64,000 nt of DNA from Rebecca billardiae RCC1528 (Eukaryota; Protista; Haptophyta). A program made the position numbers and the translations under genes. Below are positions 22,459 to 34,674 of this stretch, in pieces. The stretch covers positions 806,001 to 870,000 of the forward strand of contig OZ251247.1 in NCBI GenBank assembly GCA_965240325.2, written 5' to 3'. The notes under the pieces are model-generated. The model ran no database searches, was not told where the DNA came from, and saw only the letters and a program-made list of their open reading frames with translations. Within the stretch, counting starts at the first letter, position 1; each line of letters starts with the position of its first letter.

Positions 22459-24466
22459 GCTGGTCAGAGTCTGGCTGCTGCTGCGGCTGCCCTGGCTGCC
22501 CTGCCGCGTGCGCCGCGCGCGCCGCCGGCCGCCGCCGTCCGCGCCGCCGCCCCACGCGCCGCCGCCGCCGCCCGCCCCCGCGCCAGCCGGCCCGGACCCC
22601 CCGGACTCTGTAACGAGCGGCAGGACCGTTACTTCCCAGGCGTAACCGCCAGTCGCCCGCCACGCCGCGAGCATGCATGCGGTTTCGAGGCAGTCGAGCG
22701 CCGCGGGGCCGAGCAGCCAGAGCAGCCGGCGGCACAGGCACAGCACCGCCGGCAGCTGCGCCACCGCCTCGCCCTGCGCCGGGGCGGGTGAGTCCGTTTT
22801 TTGTTTTTTTTGTTTTTTGGTTTTTTTTTTTTCGCGGGGGTCCGGAGGTGTCGTCAGCGGCGCGGCGCGGCGCGGCGCGCGTGGCGCAGGGCGGCGGCGC
22901 GCGGTGTGTGCGGCGGCGTGTGTGTGCGCGCGCGCATGCGTGTGTGTGCGGCGTGTGTGCGTGTGCGGCGGCGGCGGTGTGCGCGCGGCGCGGCACGCGC
23001 GGGGGTGCGCGGCTTGGCGCGGCTTGGCGCGGCTTGGCGCGGCTTGGCGCGCGCGCGGCGCAGCGCGCACCGGTGTGAGCGAGGGGTCGGCGCACGCCTC
23101 CGCGAGCCACACGGTGGGCGGGGCGCCCATCGCGCCCTCCCAGTGCGCCGAGAAGGTTCTCAAAGCCTCCACCTTGAGGTGATTGTAAGCCGCGTCCGCC
23201 GCGGAGTGCAGCACGAAAAAATCCACGCGCGGCCGCGGCGGCGCGGGCGGCAGCCGCAGCAGCGCGGCCGCGGCGCCGTCCGGCGCTAAGGCGGCGGCAC
23301 CGGCGGCGGCGGCGGCGGCGGCGGCGGTTGCGGGCGGCTGCAGCGGCGTCGGCGCGGCGGCGGCAGCCTCCGCCGCGCCCGCCGCGCCCAGCGCCGCCGG
23401 CGGCAGCGAGTGCGGCGGCGTGCCCTCACCGCCGCGCGCGGGCATGCTGCACCGCCGCCGCGCAGCCGCCGCCGCCGCCGCCGCCGCCGCCGAGCCGCCA
23501 GCCGCGCCCGCGCCCGCGCCCACAGGCAGTGAGCCGCGCCGCCGCGCGCCCGCGCGCCGGCCCGCCGCCGGCCCGCCGCCGCCCTGGCTGGGGCGCAGGC
23601 GCGGGCTCGGTCCGGCCGAGGCGTGCCCCGAGTCCGGGCGCGACGAGTCCGGGCGCGACGGGCGGCGCGAGCCGGGCTGCGACGGGCGTCGCGACTCGCG
23701 CGAGGACGCGGCGGTTGAGACAGGGAGGCCGAGCTGCTGCTGCAGCGCGGCGCACGCCTCCGCCTCGGCGGTGGGCGACTCGACGAGCGCGGCGAATGTG
23801 GGCGGGTAGGGCGAGGGGTAGGGTTGGGGGTAGGGTTGGGGGTAGGGTTGGGGGTAGGGTTGGGAGGGGTAGGGTTGGGCGGCGCCGCCGCCCTCTGCGC
23901 CGTCGGCGGCCGCCGCCGCCGCCGCGCCGGAGCCGCCGAGCCCGCCGCCGTCGCCCGCGCCCGCGCCCTGCTGCGCGCGCGCCGCGGCCCACGGCGCGCA
24001 CGGGTGCCCACCGCCGCCGCCGCCGCCGCCGCCGCCGCACGTCGAGAGCGACGACGCGCGCGACGCCGAGCAGACGGACGAAGTCCGGGAGTCCGGGAGT
24101 CCGGTCCGGCCGTCCGGCCGCTCGCAGATGGACGAAGTCCGGGAGTCCGGCGCGGAGCGCGGCGGCGAGGGCCCGCCGCCGCCGAAGCGGGCGGGCGGCG
24201 TGGGCGGGCGCGAGCCGGACCCACCCGGACCGCCCAGTCCGGACGAAAAGTCCGGCTCGGCGAGCACGCGCAGCACGCGGCCGAGCTGCTCCGGGTGGCG
24301 CGGGCCGGACGCGGCGGCGGACGAGGCGAATGACGAAACCGAGACCGCCGGTCCGGACGCGGCGGACGCGCCCGACGCGGCGGTGGCGGCGGAGGCGACG
24401 GAGGTGGTGGACGAGCGGCGCGAGCGCGCGCCACCGCCACCGCCGGCACCGCCGCCGGCACCGCTC

Positions 24467-24516
<50 letters not shown>

Positions 24517-24517
24517 T

Positions 24518-24551
<34 letters not shown>

Positions 24552-27500
24552 TCCCGCCGCTCCCGCCGCCATGCTGATGCTCCCGGAGCAGCAGCGAGCT
24601 GAGGGCGTGCGCCCAGCTGCCGCCGCCGGTGCCAGCATGGCCGCCAGCATGGCCGCCAGCATGGCCGCCGCCGCCGCCGCCGGCTGCGGGCGCGCCGTCC
24701 GCCCCCGCCGCGGCGCCGCCGGAGCCGGCGCCGGCGCCGCGGCGCGCGGGCGACGGCGCGGCCGGTGGCGTGAGCCGCGCGGACGCCGTGCGCGAGCGCT
24801 GGAAGCGCGCGCCGCGCGCGGCGGCGCCGGCGCCGCCCTCCGACCAGCGCGTCGCCGCCACCGCCGGCGGCGGCTGCGGCGCGCCGGCCGCACCGTCGGC
24901 GCCGCCCGCGGCTGCGCCGCCGCCGGCCGCCGCGCCGCCGCCGCCGCTCGCGCCCACGCCGCGCGCCGCCGCCTCAGTCGGCGGGAGGCGGAGGCTGCCG
25001 AGCGCGCCCACCCCCGAGCCGATGCGTACGGTACGCGCCGCCGCGGCCGCCGATGACTGCGCCACTGCCGCCGCGTGGCCCGGGCCAGGGGCGGCGACGG
25101 TGTGGCGGCGCGGCGGCGGCGGCTGGCCGGCGCCGCCGGTGCCAGCATGGCTGCCGTCAGCATGGCCGCCGCCCTCAGCATGGCCGCCGTCAGCATGGCC
25201 GCCGTCAGCATGGCCGCCGTCAGCATGGCCGCCGTCAGCATGGCCGCCGTCAGCATGGCCGCCACCGCCCGTCTCGTCGTCCGCACGCACAGGCGACGCG
25301 GGCACGCGGCGCAGCGGCGACGGCTGCTGCTGCGGCTGCTGCCAGCGCGGCGGCGCGGCGGCGCCGCCGCCGCGCCGGCGCGCGGGCGAGCCGCCGGCGC
25401 TCCAGAGTCCGGAGCCCGCGCGTCCGGGGCCGGCGAGTCCGGCGCCCCAGAGTCCGGCGCTCGGCGTCGGCGACTCGGCCGAGCCCCCGGACTCGTCGAG
25501 CGCGGCGGAGCAGCTCGACTGCTCGCCCGACGCGCGCGACCCGCCACCGCCGCCGCCGCCGCCGCCGCCAGCGTCACACGAGCACCACCCGCCGGTGTCG
25601 CCAGCGGCGGCCGCGGCGGCGGCGGCGGCCGCGGCCGGACTCGCGGGCCCCGGACTCGCGGGCCCCGGACTCTGGAGCGCCACGGAGACTCGGAACGACG
25701 CGGGCTCGGAGGCGGAGGCGGAGGCGGAGGCGGAGGAGGACGGCGGCGAGAGCTGCGGCGGGCGGCGGATGGCGAGGCGCGACGCGCCCGCGCCCGGCGC
25801 ACCGCCGCCCGCCGCCGCCACCGTGCCTGCTGCCACGGGCGGCGGCGGCGCGCCGCCCGCGCCCGCCGGCGGCCATGCTGCCGGCGGCCATGCTGCCGGC
25901 GGCCATGCTGACGGCAGCCATGCTGGCAGCAGCCGCTCGCGCGAGAACGTGTCCAGCGGCGCGGGCGAGAGGAGGCGCTCCGCCTCCGCCACGACGCTGC
26001 GGGCGGGCGGGCGCAGCGCGCGGGGAGGGTTAGGGTTAGGGTTAGGGTTAGGGTTAGGGTAGGGTTAGGGCGGGGCGCGTCAACGGCGGCTGCGCGCGAG
26101 CGGCTGCTGCCAGCATGGCTGCCGTCAACGGCGGCAGCAGCCGCACGCGCGTCCGGACCCGACGTCCTAACCGAACCCTACCCCTGACCCGACGTCCGGA
26201 CGCCCGGCGCCCCGCGCTCGCCGCTCGGGCGCGCCCGCGGCGGCGCAGCGCGAGGCGCGCGGCGCGGCGCGGCGGCGCGGCGCGGCGCGGCGGCGCGCGG
26301 CGCGCAAAGACACGCGACGGCGACGCGCGGTGCGCGGCGCGCGGCGCGCGCGCACCGCGCCGCGACCGCGCCGACGTCGGCCAGGTCGAGCGCGCCACCC
26401 CCGTGCGACCAGAGCCCCGCGGCCCACGCCGCGGCGGCGCCCGCGCCCGCGCCGCCTGCCCAGGCTGCGCCGCCGTCCGCCGCGCCATAGCCGCCGGCCG
26501 CGGGCGTCACGGCGGGCGTAACGGTATTCGTAACGGTCGGCAGCGCGTCGTACGCGCCGAGGAGCGCCGCCAGCGCGCCAATGGACGGCGGCGGCTCGGC
26601 GTGGGCGTCGGCAACGCTCAGCGGTGAGTAGTCCGGCGAGCCGCCCCCGCCGCCGCCGCCGCCGCCGCCGCCGGGCGGCGCGGCGGGCTGCGGCGCGGCC
26701 GCGCCGCCGCCGCCGCCGCGGCCGCTCCCGCCGGCGTAACCGCCGGCGTAACCGCCGCGCTGGCTGGAGCGGCGCGAGGACGCGCCGGAGCGCGCGGCGC
26801 GGCTGCTCCCGCCGCTCCCGCCCACCGCGCCGCCGCCCGCCGCCGACGGCGTGAGCGAGCCGCGCGGCGTCAGCATGGCCGCCGCGCCGCCGCCGGCGCA
26901 AGACAGCATGGCCGCCGCGCCGTGCGGAATCAGCATGGCCGCCGGGCCGCCGAGAGAGCCGCGCGGCGAGAGCATGGCTGAGGAGCGCGAGGCGTCGGAG
27001 GGCGGCCATGCTGAATCAGCATGGCCGCCGCGCCGTGCAGAACCGGCATGGCCGCCGGCGTGCGAGACGTCGTCGAGCCGCGCCGCCGCCGACGACGCGT
27101 CCCCTAACACCACCCAGCGCGCGGCGGGCGCGCAGCAGCAGCAGGCGGCGCGCAGCGCCGCGGCCGCGGCCGCGCGCGCGCCGCCGCTCGGCGCCGCGGC
27201 GGCGGCGCCGAAGGCGCGCGCGTGCGCGCGCACCGCGGCGTAGCGCACGCGCGGCGCGGCACAGACGAGGCCGGCGCCGCCGAGGGCGAGCGCCTCGAGC
27301 AGTCGCGCGACCGTCACGCCCACGAGCGCGCCCTGGTCGCCGCCTTCGCCGCCGTCGCCTTCGCCGCGGCCGCGCCGCGCGGCCGCGGCGGCGGCGGCGC
27401 CGAGCGCGGCGGCGGCGGCGCACGCCAATGCTTGCGCGCACGCCCACGCGCCGAACGCGCGCCACAGCGGCGGCGCGGCGGCGGCGGAGGCGAGCGCGGG

Positions 27501-27609
27501 GCGCCACGACGCGCCGCGCCCGATGCCGCCGCCGCCGCCGCTGCTGCCACGCCGCGACGCCGGCACCGACGCCACCAGCCCGCCGCCGCCGCCGCCGCCG
27601 CCGCCGAGC

Positions 27610-27645
<36 letters not shown>

Positions 27646-28894
27646 ATTCCGCCGCCGCCGCCGAGCGAGCTTCGGCGCGAGGCGAGGCTGCTCGCGCGCG
27701 AGGGCGCGGCGGAGGCGGCGGCGCTGCCTCGCGAGCCGCGGCGCACGGCGGCGAGCGCCGCGGCCACGCTCGTCGCGACCGCGCCACCGCCCTCGCCGCC
27801 GCCGCCGTCCGCGCCGCCGCCGCTCCCACGCCGCCGCGCCCATGGCGCGCCGCCGCCGCCGCCGCGGCCGCGGCGGCGCGGCCGCGCGCGCGTCGCGACG
27901 AGGGCGAGGGCGAGGGCGAGCGGCAGCGCGGCGCGGAGGGCGGCGAGGCCCCACGCCGCGGCGCACAGCGCGCTCAGCCGCTCGGCGCCGCCGCCACCGC
28001 CGTCACCGCCGCTGCCGCCGCCGCCGCCCGGCGCCACCGCCGCCGGCGGCGGCGCGCCGGCGGCGGTGGCGCCTGCGGCGTGCGCGTCGGCGCCGGCCGC
28101 GCCGACCGCGCCGTCGCCGCCGCCGCCGTCGGCGGCGGCGGCGGATGCCGGCGCGGCGGCGAGCGCGAGCGCGCCGCTAAGCAGCTGGCACGCGGCGCAC
28201 AGCGCGCACGCCGCGAGCGCCGCCGCGGCGGCGCGCGGCCGCGGCTGCGTCGCGGCGGCGACGACGGCGGCGGCGGCGGCGGCGGCGGCGAGCGCGCCGC
28301 CGAGCGCCGCCAGCGCGGCCGCTGCCACGGCCGCCGCGGCCGCGTGCGGCAGCAGCAGCGCGCCGACGGCCGCGTGCGCACGCACGCCCGCGAGCGCGCC
28401 CGCCGCCGCGTGCGCCGCCGCCGCGAGCGCCGCCGAGCCCAGCGCCGCTGTCAACACCGGCACCGCAACGCGCGCGCGCTGCCGCTGCGCGCGCGTGAGC
28501 GCTAGTGCGCATAGCGCGGCCGCGTCGCGGCCGTGGCGCGCGCTCACCGCCTGCTCCTGCAGTGAGCGCCGCCGCGGGGCGCTGCCGCCGCCGCCGATGC
28601 TGCCGCCGCCCAGCGCCGCCGCGCCGCCGCGGCCGCAGCTGCTGCCGCCGCCGACGGCGCCGAGCCCGCCGCCATCGGCGGCGCCGGCCGCCGCCGAGGC
28701 CGCGGCCGCCGCCGCGCCGGCGTCCGCGGCGGCGCGCGCGGCCTCGCCGCCGCCGCCGCCACCGTCCGCGTCCGCGGCCGCGGCAACGCCGGCGGGCGGC
28801 GGCGTCAATGCGGGGCCACCGCCGCCACCGCCCGCCGCCGCCGCAGACGCCACCGCCGGGAGGAGCGGCTCTTCCGAAGAGCCGCGCCGCGTGC

Positions 28895-28948
<54 letters not shown>

Positions 28949-31900
28949 ACAGCGCAAGCGGCTGCCGCCGCGCGAGCGCCGCCAGCTGCGCGTCGGCCGC
29001 GCGCGCGCCCGCCGCGGCGCGCGGCAGTGGCGCCGCGCCGCCCTGCTCGGCGGGTGCGCCGCCGGCGCTCGCGGCGGCCAGCGGCGGCGCGCGCCGCGCG
29101 CGCGCTGGCGGCGTGGCGCCGCCCGCCGCCAGCCGCCACGGCGCGCGCGCGCCGCCGCACGCGCCGCCGCCGCCGCCCTCGCCGTCCGCGGCCGCGGCCG
29201 CGGCGGCGGTGGCAGCCGCCGCCCGCGCCGCGCCGCCGCCCGCCGCCGCGCCTCCAAAGCTTCCGCCGAAGCTTCCGCCGACGCTTCCGCTCGCGCCGCT
29301 CGCGCCGCCGAAGCTCCCGCGCGCACCGCCGCCATCCCCGCCACCACCGCCGCCGCCCCACGCCGCACCAGCCGACGCCGCCTCCGCCCTCGCCGCCTCC
29401 TCCGCGCACAGCGTCGCATGCGTCGCCAGAGCAACCTCGTTGTAAATCTCGCGCAGGAGCGCGAGCACCGCGGCGGCGTCGACGGCGTGCTCGGGCTCAA
29501 TAAAAAGACGCGCAGCGGCGTGCGGCAAGTCTGAGAGCGGGCGCGCCGAGTCGAAGCGGCGCGCGTGCGGAGGAGGGCGCGGCTCCGAGGGTGGCGGCGC
29601 GCCGTCGGCACCGCCACCGCCGCCGGCACCACCGCCGTCGGCGCCGGCAGCCGCGCCACCGCCGCCGTCGGCCGCCGCCGCCGCCGCTTCGAGCGCCTCC
29701 GGCGGCGGCAGCGGCAGCAGCGGCGTTTCCGCCTCGGCGCCGGCGGCCGGAAAGTGCATGCGCGTGACCGGCAGTGCCGCCATCAGCGTCACCACTGCGC
29801 GGGGGCGGGGAGGCGGGCGGCAGCCGGCAGCAGGGGGGGCGGGGAGGGTTGGGGGCGGGGCGTCAGGGCGCGCGCGTTTTCTCGGCGTCAGCGCGTGCGG
29901 GCTGGGCGGGCGAGACGCCGCGCGATGTGACGCGCCGGCGCGCGCGCGGCACGGGCGCAGCAGCGGCGAGGCGGTCGGTCGCAACCTCCGCCGAGGGAGA
30001 TTGCAATCTCCCTCGGCGGGAGATGGCGGCCGCCTCCCACCACGCAGCACGGTCGCACCAAGCCACCCCCCGCGGGGAGATTGCAATCTCCCCGCAGGCG
30101 GCAGGGGGGGTGCGCGCACCGTCGTAGGGCTTGACATAGCCGTTGAGGTGCGCGACTATGTCCGCCTCTGGCCCGAGTCTTGCCAGCCCGCGCGCGTCGA
30201 ACTCGGCCGCGTCCACGCCGCAGAAGGTCTGCGCCGTTGGGGTGAGGGTGAGGGTGAGGGTTAGGGGTAGGGCAGGTGCAGCCGGCGGAGGGCGCGAGCG
30301 CACGCACGGCGCACGGCCGCACGCCAGCGCGCGCATGCACCCTCGCGCGCAGCCGCGCGCGTCCTACTACGCGTGCGTAACCGGCGTGTAACGGGCGTGC
30401 AACGGGCGCGTAACGGGCGTGCGCAGCCGCGCGCGCGCGCATACCCCAAAGTACCACCGCTTGGTGCAGCGCGCGGGCAGCTCGCCCCTGCACAGCTTGT
30501 TCCACAAACCCTCCAGGCCGAGGAACTGCGCGTTGGCCAGGTAGCGCAGCACGGGGCAGTGCGTTCGCTCTGCAAAGGAGCGAGCGAGCTGCGCGCGCCG
30601 GTGAGGGGGGGAGGGGGGGTGGGGGGCGGTGAGTGCGGCTGGCTGCGCGGGCGGCGGGGCGCACACACGGCGCGCGCATGCGCCCGCACCGCGCGCGCAT
30701 GCGCAGCACACGCTGCACGCATCGCACGCAGACACGCAGACACTGCGCGCGCAGCGGACGCGCGGTGTACACAGCCCCACAGGCACGCAGACACGCACGC
30801 AGAGTGCACGCACTACAGACGCGCGTAGTGCGCACGTTACACGCCCGTTACACGCCCGGTACAACCCCCGTCCCACCCCGCGCGGCGGCGCACCTGCATC
30901 GGCAGCAGCGGCACCGCGTTGCGCGACACGACGACCAGCGGCACGCGCCTGCGCACGGCAAAGGAGTAGACAGCGGTGGCGGCGGCCGCGTCAAACTGGT
31001 TGTTGACGGAGGTGTCCGCGAACCAGCGCCCGCCGCCCGGGCTGGCGGCCACCGGCACCGCGCCGGGCGGCGGCGAGGGCGGCGGCTCCGCAGCGCCGCC
31101 GCCGGCGGCGGCCTCGGCGGGTGGCGGGGGGGCGGCGGGGGCAGGGGCTACATGCAGCAGCCCGCCCATGATAGTTAGGCAGCGCAGCTGCGCGCCGCGG
31201 GGTGGGTGGGTAGGGTTGGGGGTAGAGTTGGGGCTCAGCGAGGGCAGTGGGGACGGGGCGGGCGCAGCGCGGCTCGCCGCGACCCGCCGCTGGGGGTAGG
31301 GTTGGGGGTAGGGCTGGGGGGTAGGGCTGGGGGGTAGGGTAGGGTAGGGCGCCGCGCGCGCACCTTGCGAGCTAGCAGCGCCTCCCCCCCCGGCTCGGCG
31401 ATGCAGTCCGCCACGTCGCGCAGGCTCGAGATGCACACCAGGTCGAGCGATCTCGCGCGCGCCTCGTGCAGCGTGCGCCGCAGCAGCGCCGCGCCTGGGG
31501 TTCGACGACCCGGCAAAAGCAATTCATCACAAATAAGTCGAGCGCAATAAAGATGGACCCGAGTGTGCAAGCGAGCGAGCGCGTGCAAGCGCGAGCGCGT
31601 GGGGGGCGGGGGCGCAGGTGGGGATGGTGCGGGGAGCGGGTTGGTTGGGGTGCGCAGGTGGGGCCAGACGGCGCGGGGAGGCTCATGCGCGTGGGCTCCA
31701 CGGCGCGTGCACGGACGGGCGGGGGGGAGGGCGGCCGCGCGCCGCGCCAGCCACGCGCCCCCCCCCTCCCTGCAATGGCCGCCGTTGGGTCGAGCGCACG
31801 CCCGACCGCCGCGCACCGAGCACACGCGCGCACGCGCACGCGCGCGCACGCACGGCGTAGGAGCGCGCGCGCGCGCTGACGCGGCGGAGCCGCCGCGCGC

Positions 31901-32107
31901 GCCGCCCGCACCGTTGTGTAACCGCCGCGCGTCAATCGTCTCGTAACCGCCTATGCGGAATTCGTGCGGTAACGGCGCCGAGTACTTACCCGGCGTGCCG
32001 ACGCCAACCGGCACGGTGTCCGGGGGCGGGGGCGGCGGCTGGCGCGCGGAGCCGGCGGCGGAGCCCCCCGCCGCCGCGCCGCCGCCGCCGCGTCCCTTGG
32101 ACGACGA

Positions 32108-32138
<31 letters not shown>

Positions 32139-33372
32139 CGCGTGCCGTGGCCGGCGCCAGCGCCGCCGCAGTCGCCCATCGCAGCCTCCACGTCCGCCGC
32201 CGCCGCTCCCGCCGCGGCGGCCCCCGCCGAGCCCGCCCCGCCCGCGTCGTCCCCACCCCCGCCCGCCGCTCCGAACCCAGCGCCGTCCGCCGCCGCCGCC
32301 GGCAGCCCCCCCCCCACCGGCCCCATCCCGACCAGGTCCAGGACACGGCGCGCGAGCCGCGCGCGCTGCGCGGGCGCGCCGCCGCCGTTGCACACGACCG
32401 CGCGCAGCCGGAGGTAGCCCCTGCCGTGCAGCACGGCGGCAATCAGGAGCGCCTGCGCCGCGGGCGAGGCGGGGCCGTCGGGGGGAGCCGCCACGTGAGG
32501 CAAGCGCGGAGCGAGGCGCCCGGCCGGCGCGCGGGCGGCGCGCTTGGACGCAGCGGCGGCGGCGGCGCGGGGCGGCGGCGCGCGTGGGCGCGGCGGCGGC
32601 GCACCTTCACGTCATCCGGGTCCGGGCCTGTTGCGCGTGCGGGGCGCGCGCACCGGACGGGCGGCCAGAGCGCGCGCAGCGGCGGCGGCGGGGGCGGCGG
32701 GGGCGGCGGGGCGGGGCGACACGCGCACGGCTCAGCAGCGGAAGGCGCGCGCAGGCGCCGCGGTAACACACCGCGCGCGCACGCACGCGCACGGCGAGGC
32801 GGCGAGCGCGCAGCCGCGCGCGCGCGCGCACCCGGGTCCGTGATCAGCACGATGTCCGGCCGATGGCCGCGCGTCGAGAGCGGCGCGGCCAGGGTCCGGT
32901 CCGCCACCGAGCGCGCGGCGGCGCCGATGGCGGCGGCCGCGGCGGCCGCGGCGGCCTGTGGCCGCGCCGAGTCGGCGGAGGCGCGGCGGCTTGTGCGGGC
33001 GCTGCCCGAGCCGCCACCCTGCGGCGCGGCGCGGCCCGCGCCGCGTCGCCACCCCAGCGCCGAGCCGCCGCTCCCGCTCCCGCCGCCGCCGCCGCCGCCG
33101 CCGCGGCCGATTGACGGCAGCAGCCGCGTGCGGCCCTGCCGCCGCGTGCCGAGCTCGGGGGAGGCGGTGGAGTGGCTGCTCGCCGGGCTCACGGTGTCAC
33201 GCCCTGAACGCCGCGCGAGCTCGCCCACCGCGCCCGCGCCCGCCGGCGCGGGCCGCGCGGGCGCATCCGCGCCCGCCCGGTTGTCAAGGCTGCCGCTGCG
33301 GCCGCCGCCGCCGGCCGCGCCGCCGGCCCCCGGCGGCGCACCCGGCGGCACGATGGCGACGAGCTCGGCCAT
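20602..33372 (-). CDS. ~3439-aa multidomain protein: XopQ/HopQ1-like nucleoside-hydrolase domain + multi-pass TM block + degenerate TIR-like domain
   Basis: Ten exons joined by GT-AG introns with consistent phases: 33372-32832, 32627-32605, 32452-31912, 31494-31364, 31187-30894, 30588-30445, 30228-30120, 29794-26356, 25996-23071, 22773-20602 (total 10320 nt, divisible by 3). Hydrolase motifs: IVLITDPGPDPDDVKAL, LVCISSLRD, IMGG, DTSVNNQFD, KPYDVVTL. About 6-7 hydrophobic segments at 27250-28470. TIR-like motifs: RVDFFVLHSAAD..KVEAL..PTVWLAEACADP..LPAVLCLCRRLLWLLGP. Confidence 0.75.
25143..25260. repeat. 15-bp coding minisatellite (CAGCATGGCCGCCGT)n encoding GGHAD repeats
   Basis: Read directly; the same core recurs at many sites in the window. 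Confidence 0.85.
26027..26069 (-). repeat. Interstitial telomeric repeat (TTAGGG)n near an intron 3' end (CCCTAA on the transcript strand)
   Basis: gggttagggttagggttagggttagggttagggtagggttaggg, about 30-70 nt upstream of the acceptor at 25997. Confidence 0.9.
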
Positions 33373-34674
33373 CGCGCGCGCGTGTCGCGGGTGGCGCGCG
33401 CCGCGTGCGCCGCCCCCGCTGCGCGGCTGCGCCGGTGCGCGGCTTGGCTGTGCCCCGCCTGCGCTTCTCGGCAGCGGGGCGCCTGCTGCACCTTTTGGCT
33501 GGGCGCGCCTGCCCTTATTGGCACCACGCGAACGTACCCAGTTTACTATGATGAAGTTATGAGAGCGCTCAGTTGCTTATCAATCATCCGTAGTGTGATG
33601 CGCCATGCTCTATGACGTCCGCCTATTTGCTCGATAAATAAAGCCAACGCCAGTGCCGATGAATACGCGGCCAAGGTCGCATCTCCGCACTGGCGGCCAC
33701 TGGGAACGTACCCGCTGCTCGGGTTTTTAGTGTTCGCTTTCAGATTCCCCGCCGCATCTTCGAGCTGGCAAGCCCCAATCTCAAGCCCGATCTTGATGAA
33801 ATCTGCCGAGCGGGCGGCGTTTCTTTTGCTTGGAACCACTCTACCGACGATTGCCGCCAATGGCGGGCGCGGAGTACGCCTCGGCCAAGCGATGGGCTGG
33901 CCGTGCGGGGACGAGAGTTGGCTGCGTAGCGGCGAAGAGCAGAGCCAGCGCTTTTGCAAGCAACTCGCCAACACCACTCAACTGGTGCACGCCCGGTGCG
34001 TAGTGTTAGGCCCGTTCTATCGACGAGCGGCTCACAGCCTCCCGGCGCAAGCCACCCGGCACGAGGCGACGCGCATCCGGGGCGCGCGGCGAAGCGCGTG
34101 TAGCGGCGTCCCACACATGCGGGGGGTACACACATGCGCCGCATGCGTACATGCCGTGCATGCACGCGGGCCGTACAGTACTCATCACTTGGCGCGGAAT
34201 TCGTCGCCCAAATCATCATCAGGGGCCACCCGTGGGCAGGCGCGGGGACGAGACCGCGAGAGCGAGCGACTCTGACTTCGGCGAGGCATCGGGCATGCCG
34301 CCTGCAACATGTCAAGGCAGCCATGGTCTCGCTCGTGCCGTGCGTGCGAGCGGGCCCATGGGCCGCACTTGACCAGCACGCCCAGCCCACACCGCACTCA
34401 CAGGTCACAAGGGGCGCTCTGCCTGCCACGGCGCTCTGAGCGGCAAGCGCGTGCAGCGAGGGCGCGTAGGAGGCCGGGGGTTGGGCACGCGCCGGGGGCA
34501 GCAGCGGGCATGTTACGACTCCACGGCCCGCCCTGGCGTGCGACGAGACGCGACGCCGTTGCCGCGCTCGCTCCCTACCGCAGGCGGCGGGGCAGCATGG
34601 CCGAACTGGTGTACCCAGAGATCGGGCCGAACTGGCGCCTCCGCCTTCCGCCATCGTCAGACGTCAGCAAAGCA

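Noticed and set aside
26027-26069. True telomere or chromosome-fusion scar
   Set aside because: Only about 7 units, inside an intron whose flanking exons join in frame; similar tracts recur in many introns.
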